Positions 10,282-19,939 of a stretch of 64,000 nucleotides of DNA are shown piece after piece. Below the pieces are notes generated by a model, which saw only the letters and a program-made list of their open reading frames with translations, was not told where the DNA came from and did not search any database. The translations under genes were made by a program, and so were the position numbers. Source of the stretch: Candidatus Bathyarchaeota archaeon (GTDB taxonomy: Archaea > Thermoproteota > Bathyarchaeia > Bathyarchaeales > Bathycorpusculaceae); the NCBI GenBank assembly GCA_963702095.1, contig OY969706.1, positions 128,001-192,000 on the forward strand, given 5' to 3'. The stretch's first letter is position 1. Every line of letters begins with the position of its first letter.

Positions 10282-10797
10282 TTAAGATATTTTCATAAAT
10301 TTAGCTTTGGGTGTTCCGCAGATTGGGCAGTTGTCCGGGGCGTCGCCTTCGAAGGTGTTGCCGCATACTGGGCACACGTGCAGTTCGGTTTTGGGGAGGT
10401 CTTTTTTGGTTTTGACTGCGTCGATGGCTTTCTGGTAGAGGTTAGCATGGATTTTTTCGACTTTGTTTGCATAGTCAAAACTTTGCAATGCAGCTTTGTT
10501 TCCGTCTTTTTTTGCCTCTTCGATGAATTGTGGGTACATTTTTGTGAACTCGTAGGTTTCGCCTGTTATGGCGGTGCTGAGGTTGTCGGCTGTGGTTTTG
10601 ACTTGTCCGAGGACTCTGAGGTGGTTGAGGGCATGTACGGTTTCTGCTTCAGCCGCTGCTTCGAAGAGTTTAGCGATATGTGGAAAGCCTTCTGCTTCTG
10701 CGGCACGCGCAAACGCGGTGTAGAGGCGGTTTGCTTGGGATTCGCCTGCAAACGCGGCTTTTAGGTTTTCTTCAGTTTTAGCCATAAATAAAATCAC
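10282..10797 (-). CDS. rbr: Rubrerythrin
   Basis: NLKAAFAGESQA, ExxH motifs, C-terminal CPVC/CPIC rubredoxin domain. Confidence 0.93.
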   Translation of the reverse strand: MILFMAKTEENLKAAFAGESQANRLYTAFARAAEAEGFPHIAKLFEAAAEAETVHALNHLRVLGQVKTTADNLSTAITGETYEFTKMYPQFIEEAKKDGNKAALQSFDYANKVEKIHANLYQKAIDAVKTKKDLPKTELHVCPVCGNTFEGDAPDNCPICGTPKAKFMKIS

Positions 10798-10857
10798 TAC
10801 AGTCTCTAAAGATAAACGGAGTTATAAGCACTAGCTTAACGTAGGGATGGTTGAGTA

Positions 10858-11046
10858 CTATGCGATTTTACTCTTTATGTGGGTGTGGCGTTTTATGGGG
10901 CACCACAAGACTGCAACAGTGGACGACTGCTTTTTGTGTTTGCGTTGTTTTTCTGCGTCTGTTTCGGTGTGGTAATACTGTTTTTCTCCACATCCCCTAC
11001 ATAGCTCTATGCAGAAGCCGTCGCTATGTGAGTGTGGAAGCATGTA
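10858..11046 (-). repeat. Dispersed repeat module A, copy 1 (holds a 61-codon His/Cys-rich ORF)
   Basis: CATGCTTCCACA...TGTGGAGAAAAAC...CCACACCGAAACAGACGC...GTGGTGCCCCATAAAACGCCACACCCACATAAAGAG; homologous to 27655, 45348 and 54608. Confidence 0.85.
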
Positions 11047-11159
11047 TTGTTTACTTTTTACAAGAATAATCAGTAAACTCCGTGGCAGCAGGCAAATCAG
11101 CGATTAGCTCCTTAAAGCAAAGTATATTAACTGTGTCCCATTTTTGGAATTAGTGATTT

Positions 11160-11807
11160 TTGGTGAAGTTTATGGAAAAAGTAAAAATGTTTACTCTACC
11201 CAAACTACCATACGACTACAACGCACTCGCACCCTACATTTCTGAGGAACAACTCAAACTACACCACGACAAACACCATCAAAAATACGTCAACGACGCC
11301 AACACATTATTTGTCCGAATAGATGAAGCAATGAAGGAGGGCTCACAAATTGATTACTGGGTGTCTTTTGGATACGTCAAAGCGCTCGCTAAAGAACTTG
11401 CCTTCAACATCGGCGGCCACATGCTCCACACCACCTACTGGGAAAACATGGCTCCAGCAGGCAAAGGCGGCGGAGGACAACCCGGCGGAGCAATCGCAGA
11501 CCTCATCAACAAAGAATACGGCAGCTTCGAGAACTTTAAAAAAGTCTTCTCTGCAACTGCAACAAGCGCAGAAGGTTCGGGTTGGGCGGCGCTGGCTGTT
11601 CACCCCTGCATCGCAAGACCGCTAATCATGCAGATAGAAAAGCACAACGTCAACGTCTTTCCCGACTTCCAAATAATTTTGGCACTCGACGTTTGGGAAC
11701 ACGCCTACTACTTGGACTACAGGAATGAGCGCCCGAAATTTGTGGAAGCTTTCTGGAACATCGTTAACTGGGACAAGGTCAACAGAAACTTAAGCCTCGT
11801 AAAATAA
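11160..11807 (+). CDS. sod: Fe/Mn superoxide dismutase
   Basis: LHHDKHHQKYV, GGHMLH, GSGW, DVWEHAYY. Confidence 0.95.
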   Translation: MVKFMEKVKMFTLPKLPYDYNALAPYISEEQLKLHHDKHHQKYVNDANTLFVRIDEAMKEGSQIDYWVSFGYVKALAKELAFNIGGHMLHTTYWENMAPAGKGGGGQPGGAIADLINKEYGSFENFKKVFSATATSAEGSGWAALAVHPCIARPLIMQIEKHNVNVFPDFQIILALDVWEHAYYLDYRNERPKFVEAFWNIVNWDKVNRNLSLVK

Positions 11808-11824
11808 CCAGTTTTCTTTTTTCT

Positions 11825-12484
11825 TTAAGTTGCGGTTTCCAGCTTCTTTAGCACTTCGCTTTGCCGTTTAGTGTATCTTGCAGTCACGCCTTTCTGCAGA
11901 TAAATCGACACTGCAGCGATGCTTTTTGTGGGGTCGTTGCGCATGATGATGGAGTAGAGGTGGAACAGTTTGATGCCCACGGGGTCTTTGGATATTTGTC
12001 CGCTGGTTAATTTGAGGGCAAGCGCTATGGCGTCGTTGATTGAGCCGCCCGCTGCAACCACCTTGATCTCGTCGAACTTTGCTAGACGCAGTAACGTTAT
12101 GGTGACGAGGCGTTCCATAGTTGAAGCTCTGCTGACACTGATAGTTTGCTCTCCAACGTCGGCGAGTTTCTTTTCTTCCTGTTCAGCAAGCGTTGAGTAA
12201 TCCCCCGCCTGTTTCTGCGACAGATGCGCAGAGATGACAGAGACTTTTCCATGTGTAGGTACCTGAACAGGGGCTATGTCTATGTCGTCAACGTAGACTT
12301 TCGCGATCTCCGTTGCCATGTTCATGGCGCTGCAGGCAAGAAACATCGAATCGTTTACGCCTACAACGTTGACTTCGCCCGTTTCCATGATACCTGAGAT
12401 TAAGGCTTCGACTACGTCTGTGATTTTGGCCTGGGCATCGGCTGACTGGAGAACTATGGTTTTGCCCACTGGCTGCTGACTCAT
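11825..12484 (-). CDS. Protein with two tandem, divergent Alba-like domains
   Basis: Second half (ISVSRASTMERLV...EIKVVAAGGSINDAIALA...AAVSIYLQK) aligns by eye with the Alba at 51206; first half shows the same pattern more weakly. Confidence 0.6.
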   Translation of the reverse strand: MSQQPVGKTIVLQSADAQAKITDVVEALISGIMETGEVNVVGVNDSMFLACSAMNMATEIAKVYVDDIDIAPVQVPTHGKVSVISAHLSQKQAGDYSTLAEQEEKKLADVGEQTISVSRASTMERLVTITLLRLAKFDEIKVVAAGGSINDAIALALKLTSGQISKDPVGIKLFHLYSIIMRNDPTKSIAAVSIYLQKGVTARYTKRQSEVLKKLETAT

Positions 12485-12807
12485 AGCAGTCTACTGGGGC
12501 TCTGCAAATATAAAACACTTGCCGCTAAAACTGCCGTGTCTTTATCAGAAGACCAAAATTTTTAATTTTTTTGTTAGTTGGTTTCTCTCTTGTTTTTTGG
12601 TTGCCATCAGGGTCTATTCTTGTTTTAACATCAACCGGCATGTTTGGTCTTTGTTTTTATAGTGTTAGACGAAGAGAGATTGCCCCTTACTCATCATCTA
12701 CCTGCGGACTTGGCTGGCAACTGCTTTTTTGGCGTCAGAGCCTGAGGCGCTTTGCAGGATGGTTGTGGAACAAACCACAAACAGATAAAAAAGAATTTGA
12801 TCTACTG

Positions 12808-13125
12808 TTATGGTGGGGGAGTGATTTTTATCGCTGCCGCGGGGCACTGCATTTCGCAGGCGAGGCACTGGATGCAGTCTTTTTCACGGGCGGGGTCAGC
12901 TTTGCGAGCAGAAAGCGGGTGACCAGAAACATCAACCATATCGTAGAGGGAAACGGGGCACACGTCAGCGCAGACTCCGTCTCCGACACAGCTGTCCCAG
13001 TCCACTGCAACGTTGGTTCCGTGGATTCCAAGTTTGGTTGGGGGTTCAACGGGTCCCCAAACTTTGTGTCCACTATGTTCGCTTACAGTTTGGCGTTTAG
13101 TTTGAAAATCAGGGTCAATAGGCAA
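12808..13125 (-). CDS. Zinc-containing dicluster ferredoxin (Sulfolobus Zfx-like)
   Basis: EHSGHKVWGPVEPP..LGIHG N-terminal Zn extension; CxxDxxCxxxCP and CxxCxxCxxxCP; TTG start after GGTGA. Confidence 0.88.
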   Translation of the reverse strand: MPIDPDFQTKRQTVSEHSGHKVWGPVEPPTKLGIHGTNVAVDWDSCVGDGVCADVCPVSLYDMVDVSGHPLSARKADPAREKDCIQCLACEMQCPAAAIKITPPP

Positions 13126-13213
13126 GAATAATTCACCACTTAACTGGGGTAGAGACAGGCATATTAGTGTTTCCACAAAGCATTTTGCCGACATGGTGTA
13201 ACCTATCTATTGA

Positions 13214-13996
13214 GTGCTTATGGTTCAATATTACATGCCCACTGGCATGCGTTACTCCACCTTAGAGGAGCGCCAAGAATTTTACACGGAAGAATTTAGC
13301 ATTGAGAAGGTGGCAGACTGGTTCGGCGACAGACTAGACAGAACAAGATTCGCAGTTATCATGGGTAGACATACAAACATTTTCTTGGAGAAGTACCGTG
13401 AAGACGCCGCCACCACCATAATAATCGATGAGTACAGAGACCTCAAAGACGTTCGGATGCAGATTTTGGATTTTCTTCCCGAAGCCGTCTACTACGACCG
13501 CAACATCTACGACGCACACGGCGAAAAGGTGGGGCAGGAACTTGCCTTCGACCTTGACCCTGAAAACGTCACTTGCCCAGTCCACGGCACCCTCGCCGAC
13601 AAAATGAAGCGACAACAGGGGTTGAGCTTCTGCGAGTTAGAACTCGACATCGTGCGAAAAGAAGCCATTGACCTCTACGAGTTTCTGGAGCAGCGGTTTT
13701 CGGAGTTGCGGGTTGTGTATTCGGGCAGAGGCTTCCACCTGCATGTTTTGGATAAAACTGCTTATGGGCTGAGACTTGAGGAGCGGTTGGCGTTGGCAAA
13801 AGAGGCTAAGCAAGCAGGATTTCACATCGACGAGTGGGTCACTTCAGGCGAGTACCGACTGATACGTTTGCCCTACAGCTTAAACGGGTTGGTTTCACGG
13901 ATGGTGTTGCCACTAAAAAAGGAAGAATTAGAGGGCTTCGACGCCGTCCACGACAGGCGCTGCATACCACGTTTTTTGGCAAAAGCTACTTTTTGA
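13214..13996 (+). CDS. Archaeo-eukaryotic primase small-subunit-like protein (short PriS paralog)
   Basis: ELAFDLD, YSGRGFH and RLIRLPYSLN AEP motifs. Confidence 0.85.
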   Translation: MLMVQYYMPTGMRYSTLEERQEFYTEEFSIEKVADWFGDRLDRTRFAVIMGRHTNIFLEKYREDAATTIIIDEYRDLKDVRMQILDFLPEAVYYDRNIYDAHGEKVGQELAFDLDPENVTCPVHGTLADKMKRQQGLSFCELELDIVRKEAIDLYEFLEQRFSELRVVYSGRGFHLHVLDKTAYGLRLEERLALAKEAKQAGFHIDEWVTSGEYRLIRLPYSLNGLVSRMVLPLKKEELEGFDAVHDRRCIPRFLAKATF

Positions 13997-14081
13997 CTGC
14001 TTTGGCTTTCTTTTCGCCTTTACCGTAGTAATATGCTTGCTTTTTCTTCTGCTCTTCTGCTGAAACAGGTTTCTTAGACAA
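13986..14081 (-). CDS. Putative 31-aa basic small protein (MSKKPVSAEEQKKKQAYYYGKGEKKAKAVKK)
   Basis: TTG-started ORF not in the track; Lys-rich; fills the gap between the flanking genes. Confidence 0.45.
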   Translation of the reverse strand: MSKKPVSAEEQKKKQAYYYGKGEKKAKAVKK

Positions 14082-14202
14082 ACAGGTCCCCACTCAATAT
14101 TGGTTTGAGTGCTTAAAGATTTTATTCAAGCAAGCGTTTGCAATTGAAAGGTTTATTTGCTTAAATTCGCCATTTTACTGTAAATACTTTGAGGCTTACT
14201 TT

Positions 14203-15585
14203 ATGGAAGAATTTGACGTGTTGGTTATAGGTTCAGGTTCAGGTATGCTTGTTGCTTCAGCCGCGGTTGAAGCCGGCTACAAAGTCGCTTTGGTTGAGCA
14301 TGGACGCATGGGCGGCACCTGCATAAACGTGGGTTGCGTGCCCTCCAAAATGCTGATTTACCCCGCAGACGTCCTCACCACAATCAAGGAATCATGGAAA
14401 CTCGGCGTCAAAGCCACCGTAGACCAAGTGGATTTCCAAAACATCATGAACCGCATGCACGCCTTAGTCGACCATGACACGGGACAGCAAGCCGCCGCCG
14501 TCGAAGCCACCAAAGAAATGACGTGGTTTAAGGAGACAGGCGAATTCATCTCCGACTACACCATGCAAGTTGGCAGCCACACCATCAAAGCTAAAGTTAT
14601 CTTCATCGCTTCAGGAGCCCACACCGTCATCCCCCCAATCAGCGGCATCCAAACCGTCGACTACTTAACCAGTGACACCGTGCTGCAACTCAAAACACAG
14701 CCCAAAAGTATCATAATCATTGGCGGAGGCTACATCGGCATGGAATACGGCCACTTCTTCTCAGCCATCGGCACCCAAACCACCGTAATCCAGCGGTCTG
14801 ATCGCGTGCTGCCAGAGGAGGAGCCTGAGATTTCAGATTTGCTCAAAACAGAGTTGGGTAGGCGCGTCGACATCTATACGGGGTATGAAGCACTGGAAGT
14901 CAGTCAGGGAGGCACCATGAAAACACTCGTCGCCCAAAACCGTTTAGACGGCACAAAAAAAGCATTCACTGCCGAAGCCTTGATGGTTGCCACTGGCAGA
15001 GCCTCCAACGCCTATCTGTTGCACCCCGAAAAAACCGGGGTCAAACTCGACGACCACGGCTTCATCGCGGTCAACGAATATTTAGAAACCAGCAAAAAAC
15101 ACATCTACGCCTTCGGCGACGCCATCGGCAAACAGATGTTTAAGCACTCAGCCAACTATGAAGCAGGCATAGTTTGGCACAACAGCAGCCATGACCACAA
15201 GGCACCGATGGATTTCTCTGCTACCCCACATGGCGTTTTTACGCATCCCCAAATTGCCGCCGTCGGATTAAAAGAGCAAGAGGCAAAGCAGCACTATAAC
15301 ATCGTCGTGGGCAAAGCAGCCTACAGGGATACGGCGATGGGTGCAGCGATGGGGTTCCCCGAGGGGTTTGTGAAGGTTATCGTGGAGAAGGAAACCGGCA
15401 AGATTTTAGGCGCTCACATCATCGGCCCCGAAGCCTCGCTCCTCATACAGGAAATCACTAACGCCATGACCACCGGTAATGGCGACTACGGTCCAATCGC
15501 AATGGGCATGCATATCCACCCCGCATTAAACGAGGTGGTGCAGAACGCTTTTGGAAACCTTCATGAACCCGGACATGAGCACTAA
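14203..15585 (+). CDS. Class I pyridine nucleotide-disulfide oxidoreductase (dihydrolipoyl dehydrogenase-like)
   Basis: GSGSG, GGTCINVGCVPSK, GGGYIG, HIHPALNE. Confidence 0.9.
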   Translation: MEEFDVLVIGSGSGMLVASAAVEAGYKVALVEHGRMGGTCINVGCVPSKMLIYPADVLTTIKESWKLGVKATVDQVDFQNIMNRMHALVDHDTGQQAAAVEATKEMTWFKETGEFISDYTMQVGSHTIKAKVIFIASGAHTVIPPISGIQTVDYLTSDTVLQLKTQPKSIIIIGGGYIGMEYGHFFSAIGTQTTVIQRSDRVLPEEEPEISDLLKTELGRRVDIYTGYEALEVSQGGTMKTLVAQNRLDGTKKAFTAEALMVATGRASNAYLLHPEKTGVKLDDHGFIAVNEYLETSKKHIYAFGDAIGKQMFKHSANYEAGIVWHNSSHDHKAPMDFSATPHGVFTHPQIAAVGLKEQEAKQHYNIVVGKAAYRDTAMGAAMGFPEGFVKVIVEKETGKILGAHIIGPEASLLIQEITNAMTTGNGDYGPIAMGMHIHPALNEVVQNAFGNLHEPGHEH

Positions 15586-15736
15586 GCACTTGCTGCATAC
15601 GTGGCTTCCAACATGATAGCGCAAAGGATGAGTACAGCATAGCAAGAAAACCATATTCTTTTAGGCGTTTTTACGCACAAAAAGTTATTAGCCCCGCATA
15701 ACGAATAGTTGAGTGTATTTGTAACGGTGCTCGTTA

Positions 15737-16606
15737 GTGTCGTTTGAAATCCAAGAATTACCCGATGTTATCCGCGTTATTGTTCTACTCAACCTCAAAA
15801 AAGGCGCTAGAGTCAAACTTTCCACTCTAAAAAACCGCATTGACCGCGTCTGCGCGGCCTACGCCTGCATTGAAATGAATGAGCTTGACAAGGCGCTCAA
15901 AGAAATGACGGCTGAAGGCCTCATAGCTGAAAGAGAAGAGACGGTGCAGTTGACGGCGCAGGGGCTGAGGCTTAAAAAAGAATGGGAAAGTCTTCTGCTA
16001 AAAAAAGAGCCTATCATGGAGATCGTGGCGGGCTTAGTAGACGGCTCCATAACCAGCCTAGTGGTTATTCTCTCCGCTTTCATCTCCACTTTAACGGCGG
16101 CCACCACGCTTTTGGGTAACCCAAAAACACTCATATTCGCCGCGCTCCTCACGCTTAGCGCAGTAGCCATCACCAACTTCTCCAGCTTCCTCTTAGGCGG
16201 TATCACCGCAGATTTAGCTGACATAATGACACTTCAGAACCTCATGAACTACAGCCTAAGCGACATACCCGACAAAAAAGAACGCGACAAATCGCTGCTG
16301 CTGGTCCAGAAACTCTTTACGTTGCTGGGTAAAGAGATTCATCGATCCAACATTTACGGAGCCATAATTTCAGGCGTTACAACTTTTGTGGCGGGAATTA
16401 TACCCATAGCAACCTATTTGGTGCTGGTGGATTATTACCCTCTTAACCTAATCCTCTCACTCATTGAAGTCACACTTATAGTGGGCATTTTCCTTGTGCG
16501 GTATCGCTCCAAAAAAACCCGCATCAACTGGAAAGTAACTCTTGCCGAAACCCTAGCAATCGTTGTCATAGCTACGGTGGTTTCACTACTGCTCGGAGCC
16601 ATTTAG
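15737..16606 (+). CDS. Winged-helix domain fused to a VIT1/CCC1-like membrane transporter domain
   Basis: N-terminal wHTH-like ~85 aa, then VAGLVDGSITSL and about 5 TM segments. Confidence 0.6.
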   Translation: MSFEIQELPDVIRVIVLLNLKKGARVKLSTLKNRIDRVCAAYACIEMNELDKALKEMTAEGLIAEREETVQLTAQGLRLKKEWESLLLKKEPIMEIVAGLVDGSITSLVVILSAFISTLTAATTLLGNPKTLIFAALLTLSAVAITNFSSFLLGGITADLADIMTLQNLMNYSLSDIPDKKERDKSLLLVQKLFTLLGKEIHRSNIYGAIISGVTTFVAGIIPIATYLVLVDYYPLNLILSLIEVTLIVGIFLVRYRSKKTRINWKVTLAETLAIVVIATVVSLLLGAI

Positions 16607-17038
16607 GTGCGGTAGATGCCGATGCAGATGCTCAGCCATCATGCACTTATCCATAACCACAACTAACCCCGCCTGCCGTGCTGCTTCAGCCGCAGCCTCG
16701 TTTACGATGTGTAGCTGCATCCAAACCACAAAGGGACGCCCAACCTTGCGCTTGAGCTCTATAGATTGCTCCACAATCGGCGGCACATCCTCCGATTTCC
16801 TAAAAATATCCACGACATCAATGGTCTTCTGGATTTTCTCAGGGATATCTAGTAGGCTTGGGTAGCTTTTTTCGCCGAACAGCTTGTCTATGTTGGGGTT
16901 GACTGGGATGATTTGGTAGCCGTGTTGTTTGAGGTATGCGGTGACGCGGTGGCTGGGTTTACCGATTTGGTCTGATGCCCCCACAACGGCAATTACCCTG
17001 TATTTTTCGAGGATATCCTTGATTTCGGCTTCACTCAT
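16586..17038 (-). CDS. CoA-binding protein (YccU-like)
   Basis: IAVVGAS...IIPVNP...DVVDIFR...VWMQ...DKCM. Confidence 0.9.
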   Translation of the reverse strand: MSEAEIKDILEKYRVIAVVGASDQIGKPSHRVTAYLKQHGYQIIPVNPNIDKLFGEKSYPSLLDIPEKIQKTIDVVDIFRKSEDVPPIVEQSIELKRKVGRPFVVWMQLHIVNEAAAEAARQAGLVVVMDKCMMAEHLHRHLPHLNGSEQ

Positions 17039-17041
17039 GTT

Positions 17042-17974
17042 TTAGGGTGCCTCGCTTAGTTTTAAATCAAAATAGTGCTGCCGACCGCTACGGACCGCAA
17101 AAACCCTCACAACATCGCCGACACTGCGATTATGGACTTCATCGACTAACTCCTCAATTGTCTGGGTTTGGCGGTTGCCGACCTGCACGATTATGTCGCC
17201 GTCCACCATGCCACCTGCATACGCTGGGCTGCCCAACGCCACCTTAGTCACCAACACGCCTGAATCGACGGGAAAACCATAGTAGCGGGCGATTTGCGGA
17301 GTCAAAGTTAACCCCACGATGCCCAACCAAGCCTTACGCAAGATCCCTTTAGTCAATACGTCGTTGGTGCAGCTCTTTGCCGAGTTTATGGGGATGGCAA
17401 ACCCGATGCCTTGCGCATAAGGAATAATCGCCGTGTTAATCGCCACAACTTTGCCCGAAACGTCGACGAGGGGGCCGCCGCTGTTTCCTGGGTTAATCGC
17501 CGCGTCAGTTTGCACCAGATTCTCGATTAAGCCGCGCTCGGATTCGATGGTTCGGTTTATGGCGCTGACTACGCCGCTGGTCACACTGGGTCCACCTGCC
17601 AAGCCAAAGGGGTTGCCGATGGCGAAAACACGTTGCCCCATACGCAGCTTATCAGAGTCACCCAACTGGGCAGGATGGAGGTCTTTGGCGTTGATTTTTA
17701 TGACAGCTATGTCTTGCATGACGCAGGAGCCGGCAATGGTGCCTTCGACGACTTGATTGTTGTAGAGGGTGACGTTGATTTTTTCTGCTCCTCCGACAAC
17801 GTGGTTGTTGGTTAAGATTAAGCCGTTGCCGTCGATGATGGTGCCGCTTCCCATGCCTCCGACTGGTACGGCTTGGTAGAAGATGTTATGGACTAATTTG
17901 ACGGTGGATATGTTGACTACGCTTTTACTGGTTTTTTCGATGATGTCTAGAACGGTGTTTTCGTCGTATGACAA
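17042..17974 (-). CDS. HtrA/DegP-like trypsin serine protease with PDZ domain
   Basis: LTNNHVV, DIAVIK, TDAAINPGNSGGPL, PDZ C-terminus. Confidence 0.93.
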   Translation of the reverse strand: MSYDENTVLDIIEKTSKSVVNISTVKLVHNIFYQAVPVGGMGSGTIIDGNGLILTNNHVVGGAEKINVTLYNNQVVEGTIAGSCVMQDIAVIKINAKDLHPAQLGDSDKLRMGQRVFAIGNPFGLAGGPSVTSGVVSAINRTIESERGLIENLVQTDAAINPGNSGGPLVDVSGKVVAINTAIIPYAQGIGFAIPINSAKSCTNDVLTKGILRKAWLGIVGLTLTPQIARYYGFPVDSGVLVTKVALGSPAYAGGMVDGDIIVQVGNRQTQTIEELVDEVHNRSVGDVVRVFAVRSGRQHYFDLKLSEAP

Positions 17975-18145
17975 TCTGTTTTTCCCTAAAAATGGGTAAA
18001 CGGCGTTTGTAATAAAGCTTCGAAGTCCTATTTTCTATTTTATGGGGTTGCCTATATTTGCCGACTTTCCTCTAAAGGTAAAACAAAGATATCGGAAACT
18101 TCTTAAACGCCGTTAACAACAAAAAGATAATGGGTAGTTGAACTC

Positions 18146-18373
18146 TTGAAGTATCGGTTAAGCATCCTTGTAATACTTCTCATCGCCAACATACCGCTAC
18201 TCAACACTATTAGCGTTGACCTGCACGCACCAGAAGCTCAAACCAACGCGGTGGCGGGTTTTAGTTGGGCAGAAATCGAAGTGCCCATAGTGGTGGTTGC
18301 CATAGTTGCTCTGTCGGTTGCAGTGTTTATTCTGTTGTGGAAGAAATCAGTGCCTCTGCTTGGGATGAAGTGA
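18146..18373 (+). CDS. Small membrane protein
   Basis: Two hydrophobic segments. Confidence 0.45.
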   Translation: MKYRLSILVILLIANIPLLNTISVDLHAPEAQTNAVAGFSWAEIEVPIVVVAIVALSVAVFILLWKKSVPLLGMK

Positions 18374-18487
18374 CGGGTCTTTTCTATGTCACCTCTTTGA
18401 GGGGAGGCGGTCGAATTCCCTGTTTAATTCCCATATTGGAAAAGGTTTAAGTGGGCAAAAACGCAGTTAATTTATGGGTAACAACAA

Positions 18488-18712
18488 ATGGGTAGAGCTA
18501 AACTGGACGAAAGAGGCAGGATCTTAATCCCCCTCGAAGAACGCCAAAAGCTTGGTCTCAAAACAGGAACCGAAGTTGACCTAATCAGAAACGACGGTGT
18601 CTTAATTTTAAAACCTATCATCCCTGAACCTCTCAGAGTGGATGCAACCCATAGAAAATGGGGCAAAGAAGCCTTTCTGGATTCGGGAGAAGCAACTTTT
18701 GGCGAACAGTAG
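18488..18712 (+). CDS. AbrB/MazE/SpoVT-family antitoxin (VapB-like)
   Basis: KLDERGRILIP..ERQKLGLKTGTEV pattern; directly upstream of a PIN gene. Confidence 0.88.
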   Translation: MGRAKLDERGRILIPLEERQKLGLKTGTEVDLIRNDGVLILKPIIPEPLRVDATHRKWGKEAFLDSGEATFGEQ

Positions 18713-19375
18713 CCCAACCGACAGGATTAACCAAGTTTGGGATGTTAACGTCTTAGCAATTTTCCTCTCCAAGGGACACCCCGGATTCGAGTATGTCTCG
18801 CCAGTTATAGAATCAGGTTTGCGAGGCGCTTATGTGCCGGTGCTTATGGATATCTTGCCTTTGAGGGCTTTTTGGGTTATGACGCATCCATGGGGATTAC
18901 CCAAAGCAGCTTGTTCTTCTGCCATCCAACACTTCATACAAGCATACGATATACCCCGATACGTCGCGTTGAGTCGAGAGACCCTCTTAGAAGGCTTCAG
19001 ACTACAAAAGAATTAAACCATGACGTTTCAGACTGCATGTATCTTGCACTTGCACAACAAGAGAAAGCTAGGCAGTATAATTACAAGGGGCAAATAGTTG
19101 TTCTTCTGACATGAAACAATTCATAGAGGGATACGGTATACCGCGATACGTCGCTTTGAATCGAGAGACCCTCTTAGAAGGCTTCAGACTAGCAAAAGAA
19201 TTAAACCATGACGTTTCAGACTGCATGTATCTTGCACTTGCACAACAAGAGAAAAGCTAGCAGTATAATTACAACAGACACAGATTTTTATAGGCTCTGC
19301 AGGCATGTCGGCTTAAAATACGTTAATCCAGTTCCAAGAGACATACTCAAACGTTTTAGGGAACAGAACAAATAG
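18699..19375 (+). pseudogene. PIN-domain VapC-like toxin disrupted by a 187-bp-period tandem duplication and frameshifts
   Basis: WDVNVL...HDVSDCMYLALA...IITTDTDF pieces; 18911-19086 repeated at 19098-19274. Confidence 0.75.
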
Positions 19376-19383
19376 TCGGTTGT

Positions 19384-19761
19384 TCAGCGGCAGAAGAAGC
19401 ATTTTTCCGCCCATTCAGCGGTCATTTCCTTCTGGCATTTGGGGCACATTAAGCCTCTTTCGCGGATGGCAGTGCAGGTTTTGCAGAACAACTCCAGCAC
19501 CTTGGCTTTGTCGGCGGGTTGTTTTATCAGTGAGGTTACCATTTCGTCGATTAGGGTGAGGACTTCTTGGGTGTTTTCGATGGATATGAGGTTGTGCCCT
19601 CTTTCTCTGCCGACGTAGCGGCTGACTGCGGATTGTGAGAGTCCTAAGAGGTTGGCGGTTTGTTTTTCGCTGTAGCCGTGTTTTTGGACTATGGAGCGTG
19701 CCATGATGGCTTTGACTGCTGGAAGCACGGTTTTGACTCCTATTTCGCATGGTAATATCAC
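19384..19761 (-). CDS. HTH transcriptional regulator (COG2522-like) with C-terminal Cys cluster
   Basis: LPCE...LPAVKA...LLGLSQSAVSRY...RG; CxxC...CxxC. Confidence 0.85.
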   Translation of the reverse strand: MILPCEIGVKTVLPAVKAIMARSIVQKHGYSEKQTANLLGLSQSAVSRYVGRERGHNLISIENTQEVLTLIDEMVTSLIKQPADKAKVLELFCKTCTAIRERGLMCPKCQKEMTAEWAEKCFFCR

Positions 19762-19822
19762 TTTGAGTTATGCCCCTTTTCTGCCCTGAATATGTACACT
19801 TTTGTGGGGTAACTTATTTAAG

Positions 19823-19855
19823 TATGACGCCTGTCATTGACTATGACGCGTGTCA
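19823..19855. promoter_or_regulatory. Twin palindromic operator-like sites TGAC-N4-GTCA in a divergent promoter
   Basis: TATGACGCCTGTCA (19823-19836) and TATGACGCGTGTCA (19842-19855), right after a TTATTTAA TATA-like box. Confidence 0.6.
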
Positions 19856-19939
19856 AGACGGGCTATCAATCGCAAACAACTCTAAACCCACCACCCTCAC
19901 TCCTTCCCCGCCCTGACACACGCAAAGGAGAACAAAAAA

